64,000 nucleotides of DNA from Candidatus Poribacteria bacterium. GTDB lineage: Bacteria; Poribacteria; WGA-4E; JAJDTR01. Positions 41,095-51,247 of this stretch are shown one piece after another (positions within the stretch are counted from its first letter, which is position 1; each line of letters starts with the position of its first letter). Below the pieces are notes generated by a model, which saw only the letters and a list, made by a program, of their open reading frames with translations, was not told the origin of the DNA and searched no databases. The stretch is from contig CBDCTK010000002.1 of the NCBI GenBank assembly GCA_965222225.1, positions 3,360,001 through 3,424,000 on the forward strand. The letters are read 5' to 3'. Both the position numbers and the translations under genes were made by a program.

Positions 41095-43065
41095 TCACCA
41101 GAACTGATAAATCCAGAAAACGTAGGTCTGCGTCTTGAAGATTATACTTATCCCGTTCAACACGGTAACGACGACATACTCTCCCAACACTAAACCGATA
41201 AAGAACGGAATTGCCTTGCGGTACAACCTCAACCCGCCATACCGGATGAGAGCCAATTTGACGGAGGAACTCAGCACCAAGCAAAACCAAATGTAGTCCG
41301 TGCCAATAAGGTTGGTCGACAGGGCGTATCCTGCCGGGTGAAGTGGCCACCAGATGAACTGTCTTCGCAGGAACATTAGAAACAGGGTCAGCGTAAATCC
41401 TGCCCCCATTCCGCCAATCGCGGCGAAATTGGAGCCTGTTGGATTGCTCATCCGCGCGTCCAGTTGACTGTATATCACACCTCCAAACCATTTCAATGGC
41501 AGATTCAGGCGCCGGTAGCAGCCGTCAAGCATGATCCAGAAACTGACGATGGTGCCAGCAAAAATTGCAAGTATCATGGCTAGGGCAATCCGTTTTGTCT
41601 GCATGCCAGTTTGCTCAGCCATTTTGAACCCCTCAAGCTGATGCGGCATGGGATGGCTGCGCCAGGACCGGTTAAACCACCAAAACATGGAAAACATCGT
41701 CAAGTTGCCCGCTCCAAGTGGGCGCGTACCCATCACATCGGTTAATATATTCTGAGGTGTTACGTAGGTGAGTTCATGGAATGGAGGTCCCAACTCCGCT
41801 CTCATGCGTGCGATGGCGGTGGCAAACGCAAAGTACAGCGCAAAGAACAGGATGATGATACTGATTGACATGCCCGCCCGATAAGAAAAGAATAGCAAAA
41901 ACGTCCCACAACATAAAATTCCCATGATTCCCCATCGGTAAGATGAGGACTCTTGAGATTCATCCCGGGCGGCTTTGTTATTGAAAGCGTTAAGCGCCAC
42001 TTCCTTCAGATGTTTTCGGGTCATCCAGATCAGTACAACCGCAAAACCGATCCAAGCGCCGGAGGATTGTTCGTTGAGATAAGGAAAATTCGGTATACTC
42101 TGTAAACCGAAGGTAGCTGTGAGAACCCGCTGTACCTTCCGAAACAGATAGAAAAACCAGATGGAGAACGAGAGATCCAGCGGCAGGAAAAAGCTGAGAC
42201 CAATGATAAAGGGATAGAATGTGAAGGGCATCCAGCCGATTGCACTCCACGGCTTGGATGTGAATAGATGACCAATGTCATTAAACTTGATTGACACATG
42301 TGGCAGCGTCGGGAAGAAAAAGTTCAGACTGTTCATGATGTCAACGGAAGCCGCCACACCGAAACCTACCCACAGCATGCCGTTCTTGAAAAGCGATACC
42401 GAGCCGCCGTCTTTCGTAATTGTCAAGGGCAATTGAATGATGGGGTACACCAGTTTTTCCCTTTGCGTCCACTGCTTCTTCACCAGAATATTGATGCACA
42501 GCATCATCAATAACAGCGCGCAAATAAACGTCGACCACCATATGACTGGTCTCATCCATGCGGAAAGATTTCGGGTTGTGTACAACGTTGAATCCGCGTT
42601 GTAAAATCCATTGAGCACGCTCCTGTCGTTCACCGTCAGCCATTCCGGGATGTAAGCGAACAATTGATGCCACTCATTCTCTGGAGTAGCGAACCAAAAC
42701 AGATGGGAAATCCCCGCAAAAAGTACCTGTATGAAATCGTGGGAGGCGATGGAAACACCAAGGTTCAACATGATGAATATGGTGAGGAGCTCCCCTTGGT
42801 TTAGTGTCGTTCTCGGCGAAATCCTTCGGAGACAGAGGTTAATGAGAATGATGACCAGCAAACTGATAGTCGTATTCATGAACAACGATATCAGTGTAAT
42901 CATCCCGGAATACCATACCCCCTCTATCTGTATCACCCAGTAGACGTTGACCGGTAGAAGGATGATGCCAATCCATATTGCTCGCCAGGTCACGCCAACT
43001 GGTTGCAGATCGCTCCCACGAGTCAAGTCACCCGGAGATTTTTGACTATTGCGGGATTTGTCCAT
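41095..43065 (-). CDS. DUF6785/DUF6784-like polytopic membrane protein (putative transporter)
   Basis: Many TM segments; ATPENEW, QW...EKL.YP.IQLP, RMRAELGPP, WWPLHPAGY; paralog at 61509..63404. Confidence 0.75.
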   Translation of the reverse strand: MDKSRNSQKSPGDLTRGSDLQPVGVTWRAIWIGIILLPVNVYWVIQIEGVWYSGMITLISLFMNTTISLLVIILINLCLRRISPRTTLNQGELLTIFIMLNLGVSIASHDFIQVLFAGISHLFWFATPENEWHQLFAYIPEWLTVNDRSVLNGFYNADSTLYTTRNLSAWMRPVIWWSTFICALLLMMLCINILVKKQWTQREKLVYPIIQLPLTITKDGGSVSLFKNGMLWVGFGVAASVDIMNSLNFFFPTLPHVSIKFNDIGHLFTSKPWSAIGWMPFTFYPFIIGLSFFLPLDLSFSIWFFYLFRKVQRVLTATFGLQSIPNFPYLNEQSSGAWIGFAVVLIWMTRKHLKEVALNAFNNKAARDESQESSSYRWGIMGILCCGTFLLFFSYRAGMSISIIILFFALYFAFATAIARMRAELGPPFHELTYVTPQNILTDVMGTRPLGAGNLTMFSMFWWFNRSWRSHPMPHQLEGFKMAEQTGMQTKRIALAMILAIFAGTIVSFWIMLDGCYRRLNLPLKWFGGVIYSQLDARMSNPTGSNFAAIGGMGAGFTLTLFLMFLRRQFIWWPLHPAGYALSTNLIGTDYIWFCLVLSSSVKLALIRYGGLRLYRKAIPFFIGLVLGEYVVVTVLNGISIIFKTQTYVFWIYQFW

Positions 43066-43265
43066 TAGGGCTTTCCTTGGTCTATAGGTCTGTAGTTTTG
43101 GGAGGCCGTTTGAAGTCTCAAGTGGGTTGAAGGTGGGAAAATGGAAAGGGGAGGATTGGAAGAAACGGCGCTGTTAAACTATTTCTTGGATTATCGCAAC
43201 CGGGAAATCGGACCTAGGAAGTGATAAAGCGACTCGGATTAAGAAACAATGTATACAGCTACCCG

Positions 43266-44429
43266 TTACCAATCCGCCACGCTACCGTCGGTCTCATGGT
43301 AGTATTCACCCCCCAGCTCCTCCTCATAGGTGTCGAGATTCCGTTCCGCCGCTTCCGGATTAATCTCGAAGCCAAGACCGGGTTTGGTCGGCAACGTAAT
43401 GTGCCCATCTTCTACAAGCCAATCCTCCGTGAACAACCCGGTGCCTACGGCTCTGTCGGTTTGTTCCTGAATCAAAAAGTTTGGTATTACCGCATCAACG
43501 TGCAACGACGCTGAAAACGCCACGGGACCAATCGCGCAATGAGGTGCCACGTGCATGTAGTAAACCTCTGCCATATTGGCAATCTTCTTGAGTTCCGTGA
43601 TGCCGCCGGCATGGGACACGTCCGGTTGGATATAAGCGACTGCTTGCTTCTCAAAGATTTCACGGAATCCCCACCGTGTCAAGAGACGTTCGCCCGTGGC
43701 AATCGGGAAGGTAACGCCGTCCGAGACGAGCTTCAGTGCATCTATATTTTCTTGGGGCACCGGTTCCTCCACGAACATCGGGCGCATTTCCCTCAATTCG
43801 TGGCAGATTTCGATGGCAAGCGCTGGAGTCATCTTGCCGTGGAAATCAAAGGCAAGCTCGACATCGGGCCCAACCCATTCTCGCATCAAATAGGCTCGCT
43901 CGACAAATGCATCAATAACCGCCGGTGGTTCATGACCCCGCCACATGCCGCCCGGACCTGACTTGAAAGCGGTGTACCCTCCCATTTCCCGCAGCATGTC
44001 GAGACGTTCCCTCGCACAGGCTTTTCCGTCGTCACTCATACTGTCAATCCCCCAGTGGGCGTAGACCCGAATCCGATCTCGTACTGCATCGCCCAACAAC
44101 TTGTACGTCGGCACACCGTAATGTTTTCCCGCGATATCCCACAATGCCTGATCTATACCTGACAAGGCGCTCATAAGGATATTTCCGCCGCGATAGAAAG
44201 CAGACCGGTAGATGTGCTGCCAGTGGTGTTCACTGAGCAACGGGTTTTGACCGATGAGGTAATCCGACAACTCTTCGACTGCGGCGATTGTGCTCTTGGG
44301 TTTACCCTCAAGCGTCGTTTCGCCCCATCCCACAATGCCGTCGTCCGTCGTGATTCTGACAAGGCGCGTCCGGTGACGCGGAAAGAATTGTTCAATCTTA
44401 ACGATTTTCAATGCGTGGGCTCCTTGCAA
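43266..44429 (-). CDS. dgoD: Galactonate dehydratase-like enolase-superfamily enzyme
   Basis: GWGE.TLEGK, FYRGG..LMSALSGIDQALWDIAGK, DFHGK, FVEEP, ATGERL, APHC, C-terminal DGSVADW. Confidence 0.8.
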   Translation of the reverse strand: MQGAHALKIVKIEQFFPRHRTRLVRITTDDGIVGWGETTLEGKPKSTIAAVEELSDYLIGQNPLLSEHHWQHIYRSAFYRGGNILMSALSGIDQALWDIAGKHYGVPTYKLLGDAVRDRIRVYAHWGIDSMSDDGKACARERLDMLREMGGYTAFKSGPGGMWRGHEPPAVIDAFVERAYLMREWVGPDVELAFDFHGKMTPALAIEICHELREMRPMFVEEPVPQENIDALKLVSDGVTFPIATGERLLTRWGFREIFEKQAVAYIQPDVSHAGGITELKKIANMAEVYYMHVAPHCAIGPVAFSASLHVDAVIPNFLIQEQTDRAVGTGLFTEDWLVEDGHITLPTKPGLGFEINPEAAERNLDTYEEELGGEYYHETDGSVADW

Positions 44430-44478
44430 CGTTATTTGCGTGTTAGCAATATGAAAACATCATTCGAATTGGTCAGAC

Positions 44479-45315
44479 TCAATTATCCGCTTGCAGCCTT
44501 TGGGAGGCGGAGTAGCCGCCGTCAACCGGCAGGATGGCGCCCGTAATAAAGGAAGCATCCTCCGAGACCAAAAAGAGATCGACTCTGGCAATCTCGTCGG
44601 GAGCTGCCAATCGATTCATGGGCATGACGGCAGAGTGTTTTTTGTAGGCCTCCTCAGATTCTGTAAGCGGGCGCCCCATGCCCTCCGTTGTTACCCAACC
44701 GGGAGCAATAGCATTGACGCGGATGTTGCGTTTCGCCGTTTCCATAGCAAAGTACCTGGTAATGTGGTTAACCATACGCTTGGATAGCAGGTAAGCTACT
44801 AGCGAGTCGTTGACAATCCCGATAAGCGGACACGACCAGTCATCAAGTTCCTCCTTCATTGCCGCCTTTAGTCTCAGAGATGCTTCGTCATCCTCGTCAT
44901 AAACTGTCCATGCCGTGGAGGTACTGATAATTGTGCCGCCATCTCCTGTGAGCATGGCTTCAACACCATATTTGCACCCATAGTAAACTCCTTGCACATT
45001 CACCCGAATCACCTCTTCCCATGAGGGGTAGTCCGCTCCCAACCCTGCGTTGTTGATGACGATATCCAATCTTCCATAGGAATCAAGGGCAGTTCCGATG
45101 CTTGCTCGCACGTCTTCCTCAACCGCCACATTGGTTTTCACAAACACAGCTTGTCCACCCATATCTATTATCTCTTTGGCAACTTTCTCTCCCCTCTCCT
45201 CATGCATATCCGCCACAATTATATTCGCCCCTTCAGATGCAAAACGTATCGCCACGGCTCTCCCCATTCCTGAACCGGCGCCGGTCACCCATGCAGTTTT
45301 CCCATCCAATTTCAT
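44479..45315 (-). CDS. Short-chain dehydrogenase/reductase
   Basis: TGAGSGMG, NNAG, YLLSK, IRVNAIAPG, VDGG. Confidence 0.92.
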   Translation of the reverse strand: MKLDGKTAWVTGAGSGMGRAVAIRFASEGANIIVADMHEERGEKVAKEIIDMGGQAVFVKTNVAVEEDVRASIGTALDSYGRLDIVINNAGLGADYPSWEEVIRVNVQGVYYGCKYGVEAMLTGDGGTIISTSTAWTVYDEDDEASLRLKAAMKEELDDWSCPLIGIVNDSLVAYLLSKRMVNHITRYFAMETAKRNIRVNAIAPGWVTTEGMGRPLTESEEAYKKHSAVMPMNRLAAPDEIARVDLFLVSEDASFITGAILPVDGGYSASQRLQADN

Positions 45316-45420
45316 CTCAAATCTCCCTTGGGTAAATCTTGATTTTCTCTCTGTTATAGACTACGCACAACCAATCTCGTCACTTGCTAATGGAATACGT
45401 CATTGGCCACTATTGTGCCG

Positions 45421-48234
45421 TCAACGTTTCATCAGATAACGAATGAGGCAATCCAACAGATATTCCGCCTCAGGCCGCGCTTCAAGTAAGCGCATCCCCG
45501 TCCCCAAAAGAAAGCCGGCACCCACCTTGGCTTCGAACAGATGGGCGACCAGTTTTGGAAGCGCTTCGGTGTCCCGTGTGCAACGAATAATTCCCGGCAC
45601 GACGGGTTCAATGGCGATGTCGCTTTCGCGCGGAAGCACCGCTTGGTCCAGGAGGAAGCGGAATTGCCACGAAGCATACCCATCATGGGGAAAATTCCCG
45701 AGTGCAGGATGGTGTTCCACGATGGCTCCAAGATTGCGATTTCCGGACACATACCAACCTGGCCAAAACCCCGTTTGTATATGCGAAAAGTCCCCAACCG
45801 ACAGCGCGAGGGCGCGTCCACCCGAATCCAAATAATCACGCACCAGATGTAGTTCCGACACGACTGCCAATGCTGCATCGTTAAGCGAATCCGCAAACCG
45901 TTTTGAAGGATAGAGACGCCGTAACGCCGTGCGAACGCGCTCATCGACAAAAATCCTCTCGGATTCCAGGTCTATGGGTACAGGCCTCGGAAAGAACCAC
46001 AGCGACCACCGATTATCGAGAACCTTCCCTTCTGTCTCAAGTCGAACGGTCAACTCTGCTTTGCAAGGTTGAGAACGGCGCACCGCTGGTATTGTCGTTT
46101 GTCCACACGTCGAAAGCGAAAAAGGGCGTACAGCCACAGACTCGAACGCTCCTGCAGCCAACACTTCGCCGTCGCTATCAAGCGTCCAATCCAAACGGGC
46201 CTTGCGGATGGGAAATACGGAGAAATCGTGGACGAGGAATTCTACTTCCACATCTTCGTCCATATAGTATGTATAGTTCGGAATGACCGGTGAACCGCTG
46301 CGACCACTCGTCGGAAGATTCACAAGAATAGAAGATGCGCTGTTGTAGCGGTGACTTTCTGCCGCAGTCGTCCCCTTCTCTTCGAGAAACTGGTTCAGCA
46401 CCCCCCAAGTCATCGCATTCGGTGTCGTATCGCTCCATGCACAATTGCTGTAACCACCTTTGTGTGGCTGTCTGCGACAAATCTCAATTCCCTCTTTAGT
46501 ATACAGTCCTTGCAAGGCGTAGGAGCTACGCAGATACCGCGGAAAGTCTTCGAGCAACCCTTCTCTCCCCAACCAGTCCTGCATTCCTTGAAGGTAGGTT
46601 GGCGCAATCATGCCTCCCGAATAATTGGTGATAATTCCAATATCTGGCAGTGTGGGAAGATTCAGGTATTCATGCATAACAACCGGCTTGAGTTTATCCT
46701 CCGGATGTACCTCGGACGTTTCTTCCATGTATTCCTGCCAAGATTTGCCGTGGTTGCGAGGGTGAACGAGACGGAGGTCGTTTGTTGGTCGGGGCGGATT
46801 GTCCGGCCATACGCCGTCGGAATCCATTGCAAGCCGTGTGGGATCCCACTCCTTCACCAGATGATAGAGGCGTGTGAGCCGCGGACTCCCTTCCCATGTT
46901 TCATTGCTCAGCTCGTAGGCGAACAAACTGGGATGGTTAAAGAAGCAACTTACAACCTCCGAGAGTTGCCGCGCGAGAAATTCATCCCCATACGACGCAA
47001 ACTTTGGATTGTTGCTCACGTAGTCAAGAGAAGGTTGAACGGCAATCCCGACCTCATCCGCAATCTGGAAGAATTCGTCCGGCAGAATCCACGGTGTGCG
47101 AAGGTAGTTGTAGCCGTATGCCACGAATTTGGAGAGGTACCGCCGCCATTCTTCTCTGTCGACAGGCGGAGAAAGCGTCCGTGCACAGAACCAGTTGCAG
47201 TGCTGACCACGAATGTAGAACGGCCGGTTGTTCAAATACACTTTATCTTTCCGGACTTCCAACTTACGCATACCAAATCGATCTGAATACGAATCAACTA
47301 TTTTTCCATCAATCCAAAGTTCCGAATCGATTCGATACAATTGTGGCTGCTCGGGGGACCACAAGCGAACCGGCTGAATCTTCACCGATGCCCTAACTTC
47401 CGTCGCCTGATTCGCTGCCATGTCAAGTCCCGTTTCCGCAGTGAACTGTTCCCCGTCAGTCAAACTCGTCAGTACGATTCGGAGTTCGCCCGTGAGAGTC
47501 GCAGATGTAGCGTTCAAGACACGAATCTCCGCCCGCGCACATTCGGCGTCAATGTCAGGTATTACGCGCAGAGATTCTATCCAGGAGGGACCAGCCGCTT
47601 CAAGTTCAACACTGTGATACAGCCCGCCCCAGCGCGAATAATGATTCAGGTGGCTGAACAGCGCCATGTTCTCCTCGCGGTTGTCAATCTTCACCACAAC
47701 ACGGTTTTCTTCGCCGTACGCAATCCAGTCGGTTACATCAAACCGCATTGGTGTTCCATTCGCCGAGCGCGCCGCAACGAATCGTCCATTGAGCCAAAGC
47801 CGCAGATTCGGCATAACGCCACCAAAGGTGAGGAAGGTGCGGCGCCCTCGCCAGTCGGCGGGCACCTTCACCTGCCGACAATACCAAGCAGCTCCAAAAT
47901 AGCTGCCTCTGAGCCTAACGTGCAGCGCCGGTTTCATCGGTCCGGTGGCTTGTGCCTTGAATGATGCCGTTGAGCTTCCTCCAACCCCTTGGGCGTTCCA
48001 ATTCCCGGGGACTTGAACCCGATCTGAAAATCGGTTCGGATCAATGTACCATTTGTCCTTCTCGCCTATATCGTCGGAATCGACCGCAAATGCCCACTCC
48101 CCATCCAGCCGTATCAACGGACGGTGCTCTGACTGCCACATCAAGCGCACTCGCCCTGCCTGAGTCAAGAATCCGTTCTCCCCGCCGATTCCAACTGTTT
48201 CTTGTCCCTGCATATCAGTCATTGTTAATTTCAA
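45421..48234 (-). CDS. Glycoside hydrolase family 2-like protein
   Basis: LDGEW.F, VPGNW, AWY.R.V.VP.DW, LWSPEQP.LY, FGMR, NHPS....ELSNE, PVVMHEY. Confidence 0.85.
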   Translation of the reverse strand: MKLTMTDMQGQETVGIGGENGFLTQAGRVRLMWQSEHRPLIRLDGEWAFAVDSDDIGEKDKWYIDPNRFSDRVQVPGNWNAQGVGGSSTASFKAQATGPMKPALHVRLRGSYFGAAWYCRQVKVPADWRGRRTFLTFGGVMPNLRLWLNGRFVAARSANGTPMRFDVTDWIAYGEENRVVVKIDNREENMALFSHLNHYSRWGGLYHSVELEAAGPSWIESLRVIPDIDAECARAEIRVLNATSATLTGELRIVLTSLTDGEQFTAETGLDMAANQATEVRASVKIQPVRLWSPEQPQLYRIDSELWIDGKIVDSYSDRFGMRKLEVRKDKVYLNNRPFYIRGQHCNWFCARTLSPPVDREEWRRYLSKFVAYGYNYLRTPWILPDEFFQIADEVGIAVQPSLDYVSNNPKFASYGDEFLARQLSEVVSCFFNHPSLFAYELSNETWEGSPRLTRLYHLVKEWDPTRLAMDSDGVWPDNPPRPTNDLRLVHPRNHGKSWQEYMEETSEVHPEDKLKPVVMHEYLNLPTLPDIGIITNYSGGMIAPTYLQGMQDWLGREGLLEDFPRYLRSSYALQGLYTKEGIEICRRQPHKGGYSNCAWSDTTPNAMTWGVLNQFLEEKGTTAAESHRYNSASSILVNLPTSGRSGSPVIPNYTYYMDEDVEVEFLVHDFSVFPIRKARLDWTLDSDGEVLAAGAFESVAVRPFSLSTCGQTTIPAVRRSQPCKAELTVRLETEGKVLDNRWSLWFFPRPVPIDLESERIFVDERVRTALRRLYPSKRFADSLNDAALAVVSELHLVRDYLDSGGRALALSVGDFSHIQTGFWPGWYVSGNRNLGAIVEHHPALGNFPHDGYASWQFRFLLDQAVLPRESDIAIEPVVPGIIRCTRDTEALPKLVAHLFEAKVGAGFLLGTGMRLLEARPEAEYLLDCLIRYLMKR

Positions 48235-50488
48235 TCGCCAACTACGTTGTCAGACATTTCTTCACCAAGTTTTCCCAAGATTTCAGTTCCGTAATCGTGC
48301 AGATACCTTGAGATGCTGGGCCACCACCCTCGGTGTTGGGAATTTCTCGAATCCATTGCCGCCTGTAATGCTTGCTCAAGTTGGACACTAACTTCCTTCT
48401 TATCCTCGGCATGTTCCGTTGCGGCAAATTCCGTTTTAAGTGATTCCGCCTTCTGAAAAAAATTATACATCAATTCTTCGTCGGCCATAACCCTTTGGAG
48501 TTCATTGGAAATGTGGGCTTTTATCCTCTTTATGCCTCCCTCGGTATTAACAAAACTTGATGCAGATTGGAAAAGCGCCAATACCTGTTCCATCGCCTCC
48601 TTGCTGGAATAAGAATATGAATTTTCTGATAATCAAATCGATCTCCGTATTTTTCTAGTATCGGGCGAATGTATTGCTTGTGAATCGAATCCCTCAGATG
48701 TGGACCATAGGTGCCATACGGCAAGTTTAATAAGCAGGAATGATCTTCAAGTAGAAAATAGGCTTTCACTAGGTAATCAATCCCTTTTCCATGAACGCCG
48801 TAGAAGTTCGTTACAAAATCTCTGAAGAAATCTTCCTCTGTCATCATGGGGTTCCAACTCGCCATTGAGATGTAGCTTGCCAGATGCTCGTATCCACATA
48901 ACCGCCAATATCCAGCGTGAAAGCCATCAAAACCGTGTTGAATCGCTTTGATAAACCCCAATCTCGCCGGGATTACCCCGCCCTGTGGGTAGTCCTGAAT
49001 CATATCAAAGCCAATCGCCGTATTGAAAATCCTGTCGTATGAACCCGTGAATCCCGGAACGGCGTCGTCTATTCTATCGGGCAACGCCCAATCTGAGTGC
49101 GAAAAGTTGGTCAAAACAATCATATCCGACGGCAAAATCTGATCCAGAAAAGGATACAGACTCGTCATGACCGTGGCGCCGAACCCAAGATGTGCCGGTT
49201 GTAAAGATGTCAAAAATTCGGGATGTTTCAACAAGGATTCATTCAGTAGAGCGACATGTTCAAACCGCTCATAACCTGTGAGATGATACCCGCCTTTTCT
49301 TAGCGAATCGTAGTCAATTCCGTAGGCATCCCTGTATTTGTCAATGAAACTGACGCAGTCCGAATTGCCGCACGCCGCGGGCGCCTCCCCCGACCACACA
49401 AAAAGATAATCTGCATCTGGAAAGGTTTCTCTCAATGTTCTGACCTTCATCCTTTCCATTTCTTGAAGCACCGGATCTGTCACATCACGCCAATCGGGAG
49501 TATCCTTATCGCTCAATTCGCCAAAATTGTCCCGTATCTCAGGCGGAACGTTCGTCAAATCGATGCCAACGGCAACCACAAATCCCCGTTTTTTTGCATA
49601 AGCCATTGCTTGTCTGAGAATACTCGTACTTCTTGGCAACCCTTCCTTTACCGTTCCAAGACCCTTGTATTCGAAATGCCAATACTGCGGGATGAAGTCG
49701 TGCCCTGGCAAATAGATGTAATTCAAGCCGAAGTGGATATAGTTAAATCTCAATTTTGCCATCTGATCTAAAAATCGCGCATAGTCATTCCACTGCACAA
49801 ACCCATAATCCATATACGGTTCTTTGAAAGGATAATCAGCAGGCTGTTTCTTCGTGTAGTCAATCACGTCCATGTTGAGAAAGTTGTTCAGACCCCTTAT
49901 TCTAAAGTATGGCTTCTCTCTGAAATCCAGGACTGGAAGTGAAAACGGGTTTGGGTTATCAGGCAAGACATCGCCAGTTGAGTAGAATCTGATGCCATAC
50001 AGTTGTAAGAATTCGTATACCCCATACAACACACCATTTTCATTGCTCCCGCCAATGAGAATGACATTTTGGTTTTTACAACAGGTTGCGCTCCTTATTA
50101 TGTAACCATCGCCGCCCGGGGTCTCTTCATCAAACGGCACGCTGTCACGAGCCAATAACTCCACCAGTAATGGATTCGATTGCGGAGTGCCGAGGATTAT
50201 CGCTGGCTGGTGTACCGAACCTTTCGCAAGGTTTCGCCCATGTTCCTTCGATATGTTGATGTCGAAAAGCAGTCTGAGGTATTTGACCAATTCATCTGAT
50301 GCGTATGATTCGAGATCCGTCGTCGCTTCACCAACCACGACTACCATGCGTTGCACGGGAATCGCCCTAGTCCAGTCTATGTTTTTCTTGCAGTTCATAA
50401 TTTGTAGCTCGCAAGATGCAGGTTTTGGAAATGACAAAGCCGTGATCAGTATGGGGATAAGCGACATCCCCGCCGCGATTTTCATCAT
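48231..50488 (-). pseudogene. Secreted glycoside-hydrolase-like protein (GH67/GH20 N-terminal-like domain), probably one gene split by a frameshift near 48600-48680
   Basis: DGYII...IGG.N..GVLYGVYEFL...P.F..RG...DQMAKLRFN; ORFs 48530..50488 and 48231..48593 overlap in different frames. Confidence 0.6.
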
Positions 50489-50606
50489 TCGTTATCGTTC
50501 CTTGATAATGCCAAGACCGAACACGTCAACAATGCTTATACCATTTCGCTTGAATTATGGCGCATATGATGTCTGAATTATATAGTTCACTTTCTCCGTA
50601 GGCGGC

Positions 50607-50669
50607 ATCAAGCGACTGAACAAGGAGCGCGATAGAAATCCCATAGCAAATCCCGTGCGATAGAGATTC
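50607..50669 (+). repeat. GA-hairpin element plus two extra 3' halves inside a GTAG...GCCCCGTAC REP-like hairpin
   Basis: Complete copy 50607-50642, then ATAGCAAATCCC and GTGCGATAGAGATTC. Confidence 0.82.
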
Positions 50670-50819
50670 TTTTGCCCCGTACTGGGTAAGATTTGATTAA
50701 CGCAACTAATCCACTGCAAATATAGAGAAATGGTATAAACACCGCCAATCAAGGCAATCCCAAAATCGTACGAATCATAGTTCAGACAATCTTCTGCCAA
50801 ACAATCAAGGGTAATCGTT

Positions 50820-51069
50820 TATAGTCATTGCAACTAAGAATTACACATGTGTTTATTAACATACCCAAATCCCCACCCATTCCCGTAGGTCGGGATCAAC
50901 CGAACGAATAGTGAGGGATCAAGGGAATGAAAAATGACCGCGATAGAGTTCCCATAGAGATCCCTTCCAGCCCGACCCGCTCAATGGGAAACGTCGCAAA
51001 CCGGGAGATTGTGAGCTAAGTCGAGTCAATCGACGCTCATATGTGTAAATATAAATGCAAACGACTATA
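50820..51069. mobile_element. Putative MITE with 32-bp imperfect terminal inverted repeats (TA ends)
   Basis: TATAGTCATTGCAACTAAGAATTACACATGTG versus reverse complement of 51038-51069, TATAGTCGTTTGCATTTATATTTACACATATG (23/32 match by hand). Confidence 0.55.
50895..50964 (+). repeat. Double-nested GA-hairpin elements splitting the hairpin GTAGGTCGGG(C)TTCCAGCCCGAC
   Basis: Outer starts 50895, inner 50918-50953, outer tail ATAGAGATCCC 50954-50964. Confidence 0.88.
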
Positions 51070-51094
51070 GCCCATCGTTTAGTTCGTAGTAGAA

Positions 51095-51149
51095 ATCAAG
51101 CGAGTGAATAACAATCAACCGACCGGATAGGGAGTGCGATAGAGATCTT
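51095..51149 (+). repeat. Partial plus complete GA-hairpin element
   Basis: Starts 51095 and 51114. Confidence 0.8.
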
Positions 51150-51247
51150 CTTGCCCTGCTTGGGAAGGCTTGATTGACGCTATTAACGCACTGCGAATAC
51201 AGAGAAATGGTATTAACAATCAAAGCAAATTCTACGAAGGCTCAGGT

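Noticed and set aside
46351-47286. Long antisense ORFs (also 9729..10616 and 13606..14265)
   Set aside because: They lie opposite well-supported genes and show no recognisable motifs; expected shadow frames.
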